The translations under genes and the position numbers were made by a program. Shown here in pieces: positions 20,223-30,946 of a stretch of 64,000 nt of DNA. The stretch's first letter is position 1; the number at the start of each line of letters is the position of its first letter. Below the pieces are notes generated by a model that made no database searches, was not told where the DNA came from, and saw only the letters and a list, made by a program, of their open reading frames with translations. The stretch is from an uncultured delta proteobacterium (GTDB lineage: Bacteria > Desulfobacterota > Desulfomonilia > Desulfomonilales > Desulfomonilaceae), in the NCBI GenBank assembly GCA_963789265.1, contig CAWBKB010000006.1, positions 352,001 through 416,000 of the forward strand, read 5' to 3'.

Positions 20223-21113
20223 CTATTTGACCACGAGAACCGGCCTTTCACTTTGCTCCACTATCCGTTGGGATACACTACCCCAAATAATTCCTTCGAC
20301 ATGACCTTTGCCCTGCGAACCCATAATGATGATCGATACATCTTCTTCCGTGGCGATGCGCTTGATTGCCTGAAAGGCGCTTTTTTCTTCCAGGAGATAA
20401 GTCTTGGCCTGAAATCCCAATGCCTGAAGAGTTCGTTCCAGGGATTCCAATCTTTCTTTCCTCACTTCAATTGATTCTTGCGCCACATCAGCTTTAGGCC
20501 CCGATCTCTTGCCAAGATCATCGGCAACGTGAACGGCGATGATCTCCGAGCCACCAATTTGCAGAAGCGATGGTAGGTATTCTTCAACTCTTTCGGTCGG
20601 TGGAGACCAATCTACCGGGTAAAGAATCTTTTGAAACAAATTTATGCAAAAGCGCTCTATCACTTCTCCTTTAACCTCTAAGAGAGTGTGGTATTTGGTC
20701 ACCAAAATCGGCATAGCCGCTTCACGGATGATTCGATCGGTTGTGGAGCCGACAAAGAGATCGCCCAGCAGACTGCGTTTCTGCCTGCCTGCCACGATAA
20801 GAGATACTTCTTCCTCCTTGGCGATTCTAAGGATCTCTGAAACAAGTGGTCCTGTGGCAATTGTGGCCTTGACTTGGATTCCTTCGGATCGGAGGTATTC
20901 GGAATAAGTAGCGAATTGTTTATCCGCAGCCTGTTGAATGCTGGTGAGATTGACAACACCTCCCCAATCGGCCCTAGAAAAAGGTTTCTCTATGTCAATC
21001 ACGTGGAGCAGAACCACTTCTTGCAATCCTGCCGACTTCAGGCAAGTAATACTTTTGAGAATTTCTAAAGAGAATTCCTCAAACCTGGTGGGGAACAGTA
21101 TACGTTCGAACAT
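20223..21113 (-). CDS. Tandem-domain universal stress protein
   Basis: MFERILFPT...VGSTTDRII; second domain KILYPVDWS...WGSVSQRIV...PVLVVK. Confidence 0.92.
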   Translation of the reverse strand: MFERILFPTRFEEFSLEILKSITCLKSAGLQEVVLLHVIDIEKPFSRADWGGVVNLTSIQQAADKQFATYSEYLRSEGIQVKATIATGPLVSEILRIAKEEEVSLIVAGRQKRSLLGDLFVGSTTDRIIREAAMPILVTKYHTLLEVKGEVIERFCINLFQKILYPVDWSPPTERVEEYLPSLLQIGGSEIIAVHVADDLGKRSGPKADVAQESIEVRKERLESLERTLQALGFQAKTYLLEEKSAFQAIKRIATEEDVSIIIMGSQGKGHVEGIIWGSVSQRIVEQSERPVLVVK

Positions 21114-21450
21114 AATTTGTCCTCCGTTCCTGGATACGGGGAACCGTTGGAGGAATTTGAGCCGTAATGGAGCATGTCCATCGGAATCCATAATTCCATG
21201 TCGCTAACACGCAGCAAATTTTCTCTGAATATACTTCATCTTTAAGTCAAAGCGAAGACTTTACGACGGGCGTCCAAAGAGCGCAATGCCTCGAACTGAT
21301 TTGTTGAATTCGTACCAGCGACAATACTACAAATCTCGGATTAAGTGACGCGGCAGTTTAGGCTCTGACTGTACAGGGATTGCTTTCCGCGCCACGCGAG
21401 ATTCTCGACGAGAATCATTCACTGGCGGGATTGATAGACGACCTTGACGC

Positions 21451-21583
21451 GTATGCATTCAGTTACAGCCGGAATTTGCAGGTGGCTTCGTGGGGTGGGT
21501 TTTCTAGCCCGCCATTGAACAGGGATTTCCTGGGCAGGCTGTCCCGCGCCTCGCGGGACTGCCCCACAAGACTGAATGGTTAC
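21451..21583. mobile_element. MITE with IS66-like ends carrying a REP pair
   Basis: GTATGCATTCAG...CTGAATGGTTAC; CCTTGACGC direct repeat on both flanks. Confidence 0.7.
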
Positions 21584-21603
21584 CCTTGACGCGCCGGGTG
21601 GCG

Positions 21604-21632
21604 TTGTCTTACCGGGCACTGAATGTTATATA
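21604..21632 (+). promoter_or_regulatory. Possible valS promoter
   Basis: TTGTCT-N17-TATATA with a TGn extension. Confidence 0.4.
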
Positions 21633-21683
21633 AAAGGTCTGCCGTACCGAAAAGTCCCAACGAATAGAATCAAGGAGTAGTTC

Positions 21684-24353
21684 ATGGGTGAGGATCTATT
21701 ACCCAAGGCATACGAACCCGCGGAAATCGAAAAGCGCTGGTATACTTTCTGGCTGGACCACAAATTGTTCGCGGCGCATGAAAAGCCGACCGGTAAGGAT
21801 TACTCGATCGTGATTCCTCCGCCCAACGTGACCGGTTCGCTCCACATGGGGCATGCCTTAAACAACACACTTCAAGACATTCTGATCCGTTACAAAAGAA
21901 TGAACGGTTACAATACCCTCTGGATGCCGGGAATGGACCATGCCGGAATCGCGACTCAGAACGTGGTGGAAAGGCAGCTTGCCGCAGAAGGGCTCAAACG
22001 GGAAGACCTGGGGCGGGAGAAATTCGTTGAACGGGTTTGGACTTGGAAGGCACACTCGGGAGGCGTAATCATCAACCAGCTAAAAAGGTTGGGTTGTTCC
22101 TGCGACTGGGATCGAGAACGCTTCACCATGGACGAAGGTCTTTCCAAAGCTGTTCGCGAGGTCTTTGTGCGGCTGTACGAAGAAGGACTGATCTACAAAG
22201 GGGACTACATCGTAAACTGGTGTCCGCGCTGCCACACAGCCTTATCCGATCTTGAAGTGGAGCACGAAGAGGCGCCGGGCCATCTCTGGTACATCCGCTA
22301 TCCGGTCGAGGGATCGGATGAATCCCTCATTGTTGCCACAACCCGGCCGGAGACGATGTTGGGTGATACTGCGGTTGCGGTGAACCCGGAAGATAAGCGC
22401 TACGCTCACCTCGTAGGCAAGTACGCGATACTCCCCCTGGTGGGGCGCAAGTTGAAGATCGTGGCCGATCCGATCGTAGCTATGGATTTCGGCACCGGCG
22501 CGCTGAAAGTGACACCATCCCACGACATGACCGACTTCGAAATATCGTTGCGGCACGGCCTGGAACACGTGACGATAATGGATACAAACGGGCTAATCAA
22601 TGAGAATGGCGCCCATTTCAAAGGAATGGACCGATACGAATGCCGGAAGGCGATCGTAAAGGAACTCGAAGAGAAGGGCTTTCTGGTGAAGATAGAGCCT
22701 TATGCGCTGGGGCTCGGCCGGTGCTACCGCTGCAAAGAGGTGGTAGAGCCGCTCATCTCCAAACAGTGGTTCGTGAAAGTGGCGCCGCTGGCGGAAAAGG
22801 CCCTAAAGGCAGTGCAAGACGGTTCTACGAGAATTATTCCGGAACATTGGACCAAGACTTACTACGAATGGATGAACAATATTCGCGATTGGTGCGTTTC
22901 CCGCCAAATCTGGTGGGGGCATCGTATACCCGCGTGGACATGCCAAGACTGTGAGCAGGTGATCGTAGCTCGAGAAGAGCCCTCGGAATGTCCTTCCTGC
23001 AACGGGTCCCGCCTGGTTCAAGAGACGGACGTGCTGGACACTTGGTTCTCGTCCGCTCTTTGGCCCTTTTCGACAATGGGCTGGCCGGAGATAACACCTC
23101 TGCTCAAAACGTTTTACCCCACCTCGTGCCTTGTCACCGGTTTTGACATTCTCTTCTTTTGGGTTGCGCGCATGATGATGATGGGGCTCAAATTCATGGA
23201 TGATGTGCCTTTCAGGGAGGTTTACATTCATGCCCTGGTAAGGGACGAGCTGGGCAAAAAGATGAGCAAGTCCCTGGGTAATGTGATCGATCCGCTCATG
23301 ATCATGGACAAATTCGGCACGGATGCTTTCAGATTCACTCTGGCCGCTCTCGCTGCTCAGGGTCGAGATATTCGTCTGTCAGAGACGCGCATCGAGGGAT
23401 ACCGCAACTTCATGAACAAGATCTGGAACGCGGTCCGTTTCTCGTTGCCTTATCTCATCGGCCTTGACCAAGACGTATCTCCGGAACCGGCTGAGGTGCT
23501 CTCTCTCCCCGAGAGATGGATACTTTCCCGTCTGAACAGGACAGTTCGGGAAGTGCGGCAAGCCATAGAGGGATACCGCTTCAACGACGCGGCCCAGGCC
23601 CTCTATCATTTCACCTGGCATGAATTCTGCGACTGGTACATCGAAGCGGCCAAGATTCCGCTGAGCGGCGACGATCCCCAAAGGGCTCAGCGGTCCGCGG
23701 TTGTCTTGCGCCACGTGCTCGATTCGCTCATGCGCCTGCTTCACCCATTTATCCCGTTTATCACAGAAGAAATTGCGTCCAAGATTATCCCGGACCGAAC
23801 GAGCGTCATGCACGGGCCATTCCCGGAAGTGGATCTGTCAAGGATAGATTCCGATGCCGAGCGGGAAATGGGTATCCTCATGGGCGTAATTGGCGGAGTG
23901 CGCAACATAAGGGCCGAAATGAATCTCCCGCCTGCGAAGGCGCTGCCGGTCGTTGTCGCACCTTCCTCAGAAGAAGAGCGCAGGCCGGTGGATGCGAACA
24001 GAATTATGATCAGTTCGCTGGGGAGAGTATCCGAATTCACGCTTGGAGCGGCAGGGGAAAACCGCGAACCGCCCAGCATGTCTGCCACCGCGGTTGTCGG
24101 GGACATGCGTATCTTTGTCCCGCTCGAAGGAATTGTGGACCCGGATGCAGAAATAACGCGTCTGACGAAGGAATTGGCCAAGACTTCCAGGGAGTTGGAG
24201 AGCGTTGACAAGAAGCTGTCAAATGCCGATTTTATGGCTAAGGCCAATCCTGAAGCCATTCAGAAGCAAAAGGACCGGCAATCCGAGTTATCGGCAAAAC
24301 TGGCCGGGCTCGGCGAGGGACTGGAAAAGATGCGAAGCCTAAAAGTGGGGTAG
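21684..24353 (+). CDS. valS: Valine--tRNA ligase
   Basis: PPPNVTGSLHMGH, RQIWWGHRIP, KMSKS, C-terminal coiled coil. Confidence 0.98.
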   Translation: MGEDLLPKAYEPAEIEKRWYTFWLDHKLFAAHEKPTGKDYSIVIPPPNVTGSLHMGHALNNTLQDILIRYKRMNGYNTLWMPGMDHAGIATQNVVERQLAAEGLKREDLGREKFVERVWTWKAHSGGVIINQLKRLGCSCDWDRERFTMDEGLSKAVREVFVRLYEEGLIYKGDYIVNWCPRCHTALSDLEVEHEEAPGHLWYIRYPVEGSDESLIVATTRPETMLGDTAVAVNPEDKRYAHLVGKYAILPLVGRKLKIVADPIVAMDFGTGALKVTPSHDMTDFEISLRHGLEHVTIMDTNGLINENGAHFKGMDRYECRKAIVKELEEKGFLVKIEPYALGLGRCYRCKEVVEPLISKQWFVKVAPLAEKALKAVQDGSTRIIPEHWTKTYYEWMNNIRDWCVSRQIWWGHRIPAWTCQDCEQVIVAREEPSECPSCNGSRLVQETDVLDTWFSSALWPFSTMGWPEITPLLKTFYPTSCLVTGFDILFFWVARMMMMGLKFMDDVPFREVYIHALVRDELGKKMSKSLGNVIDPLMIMDKFGTDAFRFTLAALAAQGRDIRLSETRIEGYRNFMNKIWNAVRFSLPYLIGLDQDVSPEPAEVLSLPERWILSRLNRTVREVRQAIEGYRFNDAAQALYHFTWHEFCDWYIEAAKIPLSGDDPQRAQRSAVVLRHVLDSLMRLLHPFIPFITEEIASKIIPDRTSVMHGPFPEVDLSRIDSDAEREMGILMGVIGGVRNIRAEMNLPPAKALPVVVAPSSEEERRPVDANRIMISSLGRVSEFTLGAAGENREPPSMSATAVVGDMRIFVPLEGIVDPDAEITRLTKELAKTSRELESVDKKLSNADFMAKANPEAIQKQKDRQSELSAKLAGLGEGLEKMRSLKVG

Positions 24354-24437
24354 CGTACCGGGAACAGCATCTTCGGAGCGCACTAAGTACAGCGTTTCAC
24401 AAGTACGGTGCCACTTGCACGGTAGTGCCGGCGCCAC

Positions 24438-24646
24438 GGGACTGTCTCAAAAACGATGAAGCGGTCGGAATCGTAGCACGAATCCCTCACCCTGTATCCC
24501 TCTCCCAGAGAGCGAGGGAAGTGCAAAACTGCCCTGGATCTGCTCCCTCTCCCTCTGGGAGAGGGTTGGGGTGAGGGCGACGACTATAGGAATGAGCCTG
24601 AATCGTGGCACGATTCTGGTCATCAAAATAGTTCTGAGACACTTTC
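24438..24646. mobile_element. IS1182-type MITE copy 1 (209 bp), inserted in a GTAG REP
   Basis: GGGACTGTCTCAAAA / TTCTGAGACACTTTC ends; cargo CCCTCACCC...GGGTGAGGG palindrome. Confidence 0.8.
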
Positions 24647-24782
24647 TCCCTGCCGGCGGATCATCGGCGACCCCGCGTCGCGCGGGGAGGCCGGTCCTAC
24701 CAAAAGAGTTGCGACTACAGTTATCATGTGCATCAGATTACGGGACCGTATTTAGGAAATCAGGTACCAAGGCGGAGCATTC

Positions 24783-25523
24783 ATGCGGCTGGTCATTCAT
24801 AAACAGGTGGCATCTACACAGGACTTGGCCAAAGACTTGGCAGTTCGGGGCGAGCCCGAAGGGCTTGCCATCATGGCGCTGGCACAGACAAAAGGTCGAG
24901 GCAGATCTGGCCATGTGTGGGTGTCTCCTCCGGAAAAGAATCTGGCCATGTCAATGATATTGCGGCCTCGTCTGGCTCCCGAAGAAGCCCCGCTGTTGGG
25001 GCTGATGGCGTCAATTGTGGTGGCGGAAGTGGTTGAAGCTGCGATCGGGAGAGCCGTGCAACTCAAGTGGCCGAATGATGTGCTCGTGGACGGGAGAAAG
25101 ATCGCTGGAATTTTGCCTGAGGCCAGCCTGAACAGCCATGAAATCAAATTCGTTATCATTGGGATCGGCCTTAATGTGAACGCGAGTCTGACAGATTTTT
25201 CGCCTGATTTGAGGGATTCGATCACCTCAATGCTGCTGCTGAGCGCCGGAAGGCACTGGGATCTCGAGGCGATTGCCAGGGATTTGTTGGAAAGAATGGA
25301 TTCCCTGTATCGCCGCGTTGAGAGGGAAGGGTGCGATTTAATACCCGATCTTTGGACCGCCAGATGGGGCCACAAGAAGGCTCGATTGGTCCGGGCCTCC
25401 GTGCCTTACACGGCAGAAGGCCTCGATGCTGATGGAGCCCTTCTGATCAGATCCAGGAGCGGCGAATTGGAACGCCTGACTTCGGCGGAATCAGAGTTGG
25501 TCTGGCCGGACTTGCGAAGATGA
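24783..25523 (+). CDS. birA: Biotin--[acetyl-CoA-carboxylase] ligase (no HTH domain)
   Basis: QTKGRGRSGHVWVSP, KWPNDV, KIAGIL, GIGLNV. Confidence 0.95.
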   Translation: MRLVIHKQVASTQDLAKDLAVRGEPEGLAIMALAQTKGRGRSGHVWVSPPEKNLAMSMILRPRLAPEEAPLLGLMASIVVAEVVEAAIGRAVQLKWPNDVLVDGRKIAGILPEASLNSHEIKFVIIGIGLNVNASLTDFSPDLRDSITSMLLLSAGRHWDLEAIARDLLERMDSLYRRVEREGCDLIPDLWTARWGHKKARLVRASVPYTAEGLDADGALLIRSRSGELERLTSAESELVWPDLRR

Positions 25524-25591
25524 CGTGACGGTAACCGCCCTATTTGAGCAGTATTACAAACTGGTGGGACAATTCATGTGAAGGAGTGAAC

Positions 25592-26359
25592 ATGGGAACG
25601 ACAAGAGCTATTTGTAGGCTTCCTGTCATTGTAGTTGTGTTAGTCCTGCTGGCCTGCGCAGGGTTCAGCGCCTGGGGGCTTTATTCCTGGCTGTGGCCCA
25701 AAGTCGAAACTACCGTTCAATTTGTGGTCGACAAGTACGACGCTTTGGTTCCCGAAATCACCATTCACGACGGGACCGCAACGATCAGTGCCCCGCAGCC
25801 CTACTACGTCAAAACCGGGGACAAGAATGTAGCTGTGGTCATAGACACACGAGAAAACAAGGAGAAGGACGCATTGGACTATTTGAAGGGAGTCCAGGCG
25901 GGCGCGGTGCTCACCAGAGAAAGTGTGGTCACGAAGAGCCAGGGGCAAATCCGCATACTTCCCCTGAAAAACGCCCCTAACTTTGTTATGAATTCTCGCA
26001 ATATTAGAGCTCTTTTCACACGATACGGGCCCATCGCCACGCGCCTTGTCATTCTTGTGCTCGTAATCTATTTTCTTGTTGTAAAACCCCTCGAAGCAAT
26101 AATTCTAGCACTGATCCCGTACTTGGGGGCCCGTTCCTATTCCGTGCGCCTCAATTACGGTGAGGCAATCAAGATTGCTGTGGTGGCTATGATTCCGTCA
26201 GTGACCTTGGATCTGTTTCTTGACCTTTCGGGAATCAGGATTCCCATGCCGATCGTAATCTATTTTGGTTTGTACTTTGCCCTGCTTTTCCTTGCTGTGT
26301 GGGACCTCGTCCGAAGCGAGCCTTCGCCGGCCGGCCCCTCCACCACGATAAACCCTTAG
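25592..26359 (+). CDS. Membrane protein, DUF1189-like
   Basis: N-terminal TM, PEITIHDG soluble domain, C-terminal TMs with LNYGEAIKIAVVA. Confidence 0.65.
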   Translation: MGTTRAICRLPVIVVVLVLLACAGFSAWGLYSWLWPKVETTVQFVVDKYDALVPEITIHDGTATISAPQPYYVKTGDKNVAVVIDTRENKEKDALDYLKGVQAGAVLTRESVVTKSQGQIRILPLKNAPNFVMNSRNIRALFTRYGPIATRLVILVLVIYFLVVKPLEAIILALIPYLGARSYSVRLNYGEAIKIAVVAMIPSVTLDLFLDLSGIRIPMPIVIYFGLYFALLFLAVWDLVRSEPSPAGPSTTINP

Positions 26360-26372
26360 GACCGGTGAACTC

Positions 26373-26573
26373 ATGGAATTCTTTCTCTGCGTGATCGGAA
26401 TGGTGTTAGTAGTCGAGGGTATGCCGTATTTTGCGTTCCCGGAAAAGATGAAGGAATTCATGGAAACAATTCACGGGCAAGAGGATGCTACTCTGCGGAT
26501 TATCGGAGGTACCCTTATCATACTAGGACTGCTGATTTTGTTGGTTGCGCGAAAGGGCCTCGGCTCTGCATGA
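26373..26573 (+). CDS. DUF2065 family membrane protein
   Basis: IGMVLVVEGMPYFAFPEKMK...LRIIG. Confidence 0.85.
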   Translation: MEFFLCVIGMVLVVEGMPYFAFPEKMKEFMETIHGQEDATLRIIGGTLIILGLLILLVARKGLGSA

Positions 26574-27704
26574 AACTGGACGAACCGAAGACCAAAGGTC
26601 CGTTTCCCGAGCAATCTAACGCAAACACTCCTCACAGCTTCCGCCTCCATACCTATACTTATGGATTGCCCCCGGAACTGATCGCCCAAGAACCTGCACC
26701 GGTCAGGGACGAGTCCCGATTATTGGCGCTTCACCGATACACAGGGGAAATTCTACACCACAAATTCAGAGACCTGCCTTCTTTGCTGCATCCCTCAGAT
26801 CTGCTTGTAATAAACGAAACCAAGGTGACGCCAGCTTCTTTAGTCGCTCGCAAGGCAAGCGGCGGCCGCGTGGACCTCCTCGTTCTGGATCCCGCGAGGG
26901 CGGGAGCGACAAGGAGTCCGGACAGCCTTGCAGTACGCACTTGCCTGGTTCGGTCAAGCAAAAGGCTTAGACAGGGGGATGCGATCCAAATTGAGACCGG
27001 GCCGGAAATAACGGTGGAAGAAATCATTGCGCCCGGTCGAGTTCGGGTACGCTTCCCGGTGCCGGAGGATGGCTTCTTGAGCCTGCTTGAACTCTACGGC
27101 CGGCCGCCGCTCCCTCCGTACATTAAGGCCGAGCCCGGGCGCGAAAGGAGTGATCGAGAGCGTTACCAGAACCGTTTACGCTAAAGTTCCCGGATCGGTG
27201 GCCGCTCCCACTGCCGGACTTCACTTCACTGAAAGACTTCTCGAAGAACTTCAAGAAAGAGGCGTAAGCATAGTCAGGATACGCCTTCAGGTGGGGCCGG
27301 GGACGTTCACCCCCGTTCGAGTAGAAGACATTCGGCTCCATCGCATGGAATCGGAATCTTACGAGATCTCCGAATTCGCGGCCTGCTCCATTGCGAAAGC
27401 TTACAAGGCTGGGCGCCGCATAATTGCCGTGGGAACTACCACCGTCAGGGCTCTGGAATCCGCAACAATCGAGGAGGGTCTTGTAAGGGCGGGTAAAGGT
27501 GAAACAGACCTTTTCATACTGCCGGGACACTCGTTCAAAGTGGTTCGGGGTATGGTCACCAATTTCCACCTCCCGGGATCCACTTTGCTGATGCTGGCAT
27601 GTGCGCTGGGGGGAATCGATCTGGTGATGAACGCGTATCGCGAGGCAGTCACGGAAAGGTATCGCTTTTTCAGTTACGGAGACGCGTGCTTAATAGTTGA
27701 TTAA
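26570..27704 (+). CDS. queA: tRNA preQ1 S-adenosylmethionine ribosyltransferase-isomerase; +1 frameshift near 27170
   Basis: LPPELIAQEP, PLPPYI, RYQ/TVYA, GSVAAPTAGLHFT, TNFHLP, YRFFSYGDA split over two frames. Confidence 0.93.
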
Positions 27705-27994
27705 TTTGAATAAATAGGTGTCCCAAAAAAGGCGGGACCCCCTCCGGGGCATCGGGTAGGACGCTTGGCGGGAGTCTCAGGAAGGATATTTTGGTAGGAC
27801 TGATGCAGGTGGGCAACTTCTAGTAGGATAGGGTTTACTTGTCAAGTCTTTTTTTATGAAAAAGAGTCATCCACGCGTGAAAACAGGATCATAAGGTTAG
27901 CCGCGCCGAAGTAGGCGTTATCTTCCCTCTCTATGATGATTTATAAATCCGATATCTATGTGGTATCCTGGAATTAATAAATCTGAATAATATA

Positions 27995-28024
27995 TTGACA
28001 TCACAGCTTATTTGTATGTATAAT
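27995..28024 (+). promoter_or_regulatory. Sigma70 promoter
   Basis: TTGACA-N18-TATAAT, both hexamers perfect. Confidence 0.65.
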
Positions 28025-28079
28025 GGCGAAATCATCAAAATATTCGGTAGACAACACATTAAAGCTAAGGAGAGCTTGC

Positions 28080-28502
28080 ATGCGAAGACCCCTGTGGAAA
28101 ACCGTCGGCATCATGGCCCTATTCTCCGCCGTTCCCGCCCTATGTTTCGCGGGGTCGGCAGGGGCCGGAACTAACTCTCAGGAATTTGATAAAACACCCA
28201 GGCCGAGTGTGTCTCAAGCGAACAGCCGCGGCGGAGCTTGCCAGAATAACCCGACCGCGGCGATAAAGCTGACCGGTCCTAAGCTGAAAGCTCCCGGTAA
28301 GCTCACGCCTCTGTACCCTCCAAATGTGGCACGTAATCCGGGGACCTCGCAGGGCGGGACGACCGGCCTTGCCGCCATCCTTCACTTCCTGCTCCCGGCC
28401 AAGGGGGACCTTGATAAGTACTTTAAAGCGAAGGACAAAGCATTCCGGGACCGTAGCAGATCAGGGGGGAACCCGTTTCGGAGCAGTGACGCCAAACAGT
28501 GA
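28080..28502 (+). CDS. Hypothetical secreted protein
   Basis: AGGAG RBS, ATG, signal peptide, upstream promoter. Confidence 0.7.
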   Translation: MRRPLWKTVGIMALFSAVPALCFAGSAGAGTNSQEFDKTPRPSVSQANSRGGACQNNPTAAIKLTGPKLKAPGKLTPLYPPNVARNPGTSQGGTTGLAAILHFLLPAKGDLDKYFKAKDKAFRDRSRSGGNPFRSSDAKQ

Positions 28503-28579
28503 ATCGGACCACAGGGGAAACGCTTGAGGCGAGCCGATTGCCGGAATTCCTTTTTTTCGTTCACAGTCATGCGTTGGCG

Positions 28580-28770
28580 CATAGGCGTTAACTTAACCCC
28601 GCGAGACGTGGGGTTCCCCCCTTTCGTAAAGGGGGGCCAGGGGGGATTTTGGGATAACTACTTGAAAATCCCCCTAAATCCCCCTTTATAAGGGGGGACT
28701 TTGATCGCCCTCGGCCTGCATGGACCTCCCGAAAAGGAACGAAATTGCCTTAACTTAACGCGAAAATGCG
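28580..28770. repeat. Degenerate MITE-like element with CCCCCTTT...AAAGGGGG palindromic cargo
   Basis: CATAGGCGTTAACTTAA and TTAACTTAACGCG ends; two poly-C/poly-G hairpins in inverted arrangement. Confidence 0.6.
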
Positions 28771-28845
28771 TTCGCGGGATTCCCACCAATCTGAACTAAG
28801 TGTCAACGCGAAATGCGTATGGCGATAATTCCTTCGAGAACCGCT

Positions 28846-29536
28846 CTAATTTCCGGGCGATTCGGATCGACTTAAAACTACCAGCGCGTCCACAGCTACA
28901 GGTTTTCCGCCCTTGAGTATTAAGGGATTGATGTCTATTTCTTTTATTGGTTCGTTTCTCAATCCCGATATCTCCGAGCTTGATCAGTATGCCGCTCAAC
29001 ATATCCGTGTCCGCGGCTTCCATACCTCGGATGGCTTCCAGGATTTTGTGGCCCTTGATTTCCCGCATCATATCGTCCGCGTCTCGGGGCTTGAGAGGCG
29101 CAAGGCGAAACGATACATCCTTCAGGATTTCGGTAAAAATGCCCCCCAAGCCGAACATGACGCACGGGCCGAACTGGGGGTCTCGGGTCAAGCCGGCCAT
29201 AAGCTCTCGTTGCCCCTTGATCATTTCCTGAACAAGAATGCCGCCCGGCATTCCGTTCATTCTTGTCTTTATCTCGCGGAATGCGGCGACGGCTTCGCTT
29301 TCGGTCCTGATGTCAAGCCGTATTATGTTGGTTTCCGTCTTGTGACTAATTTCGGAGGAACACCCCTTTAACACAAGAGGATAGCCTATCTTTCGTGCAG
29401 CGGAAATGAGATCTTTCTCATCCTCCACGAGCACTTCTCTCGTCACAGGGATGCCGTACCCGGCCAGCAACTGTTTGGATTCGTATTCCGACAGCACATG
29501 TCTGCCCGTACTGAGGGCCTCTTGAATTATCTGCAT
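28846..29536 (-). CDS. ATP-grasp subunit of ADP-forming acetate/acyl-CoA ligase; frameshift near 28955
   Basis: LSEYESKQLL, IGYPLVLK, HKTE, DPQFGPCVMFGLGG; shifted frame gives IKEIDINPL...VAVDALVV. Confidence 0.88.
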
Positions 29537-30165
29537 TTTTTGCCTCCTACCCATCTTTATATCTTGCGAGAAACTGTTTGCGCAACCTCATCCGCGCGCG
29601 CAGAGGGTACGTTTCCGCAGGAAGTTTGAAATTCGGCATCCAGTCCCATACGCAAGCCAGGATAGTCTATTGGATTGGAGGATTACCAGGGGATTCTATC
29701 AATCACCCCACGGCCGCGGTCGCCTCTCCACCGAAAGTGGATTCCCTCAACGTCCGGATCCCGGCTTTGGCAGCAAGATGTACGATTTCTCTTGATTCCT
29801 TTGACCCAAACGTTTAGAGGTGTATTATTATGACAGTTGAATCAGGAGGGAGGCCTTAGTGAGTCCTCCGATCTCTTGATTCGTTATGACATCCACCTGA
29901 ATGACTGTCCCCCGAAATAAATTGTCCGATTCGGAGAACAAAGGGGTGAACGCTCGGGGCGAGGTATTGGGATAATTTTGCCGCGAGGTTGTTCCCGGAC
30001 CGGAAGGTGGTGTAGCATACAGAGGTCCTGTTCCCAACAGTCTATCAAGATGACAATCCGCAGAATGGACATCGATTCTAACCGCAGGTTATAAGTAGTT
30101 GATACAGTGAATCCGGCAATAGACCTGATTCTCAAGGCAAGCGCATCCAGGCCAAGGAGAAAACA

Positions 30166-30918
30166 ATGCCCAAGAAGCCTCCCAGACGGGATCCTATTAT
30201 CGTATACAAAAGAGAAGAAAAAGGCCTGAAGCCGTTTCTCCCTAAGGCCAGAGGAGGATTTCGCTTTGGGCCCCCGCAACGCCCCCAATCCAGGCCCAAA
30301 AAGCCCAAAGAGACCAAGGCGGTCATTCCTGAGAAGGTGCGCTTCCATGCCGCGAATCTGGCGGAAATAGAAGCTTTGCCTTCACCTCAGAAAGAGATAA
30401 CATCAGCTTGCTATTACCTGTGCTTTTTGGTGCATGAGACGAAGACCAGCACAGATCTTTTTCCGCTCAAACACAATGTGCTCGAGAAGATATTCAAGAG
30501 CGGGCACAATTGTCTGACGGTGAACTACGTCCGTCGAGGCGACAAAGAGATTTACAGCCTTTCGCCCGAGGCCAAGAAGACCTGGGAGGCCGAGACCGGT
30601 GGGAACAAGCATCATGTGCGAATGTATCTTTCCTCGAAGTGCAAAGTGGAGTTCGAAGAAGGCTATTTTGACCTCTACCATTTCCATATAGTGATCGAGC
30701 CATTCCGTTTCTCTTTCTACCTTCCGATTCATCAGGCGCCTTGGCTGGATAAGAGGCGTCTCTCCAAGAGACGTTTTCATTACCCGCAGACCGTTGAATA
30801 CGGGCTCGTCCGGGGCAAAGTAATTACCACTTCCCGAAAAGCTACAATGGTGCCGTTGGAACACATAAAGGCGGAGCTTCAAAAACTATTGGATTTGGAC
30901 GTAGAGAAGAAACGTTGA
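30166..30918 (+). CDS. Basic hypothetical protein, possibly YkyB-like
   Basis: AAGGAG RBS, 250 aa ORF; Lys/Arg/Pro-rich N-terminus; LFPLKHNVLEK...FSFYLP pattern. Confidence 0.75.
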   Translation: MPKKPPRRDPIIVYKREEKGLKPFLPKARGGFRFGPPQRPQSRPKKPKETKAVIPEKVRFHAANLAEIEALPSPQKEITSACYYLCFLVHETKTSTDLFPLKHNVLEKIFKSGHNCLTVNYVRRGDKEIYSLSPEAKKTWEAETGGNKHHVRMYLSSKCKVEFEEGYFDLYHFHIVIEPFRFSFYLPIHQAPWLDKRRLSKRRFHYPQTVEYGLVRGKVITTSRKATMVPLEHIKAELQKLLDLDVEKKR

Positions 30919-30946
30919 TTCTCAAAGGGGCCCGATTAGGGCCTCT

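Noticed and set aside
21192..21683. T-box leader for valS
   Set aside because: No T-box consensus; the structure is explained by a MITE carrying a REP pair.
27160..27180. Programmed frameshifting in queA and other genes
   Set aside because: No slippery heptamer; the same single-base pattern is scattered across unrelated genes.
29994..30016. SRP RNA or cobalamin riboswitch in the 29.8-30.1 kb leader
   Set aside because: GGACCGGAAGG lacks the AGCAG partner of SRP domain IV, and the B12-element motifs are incomplete.
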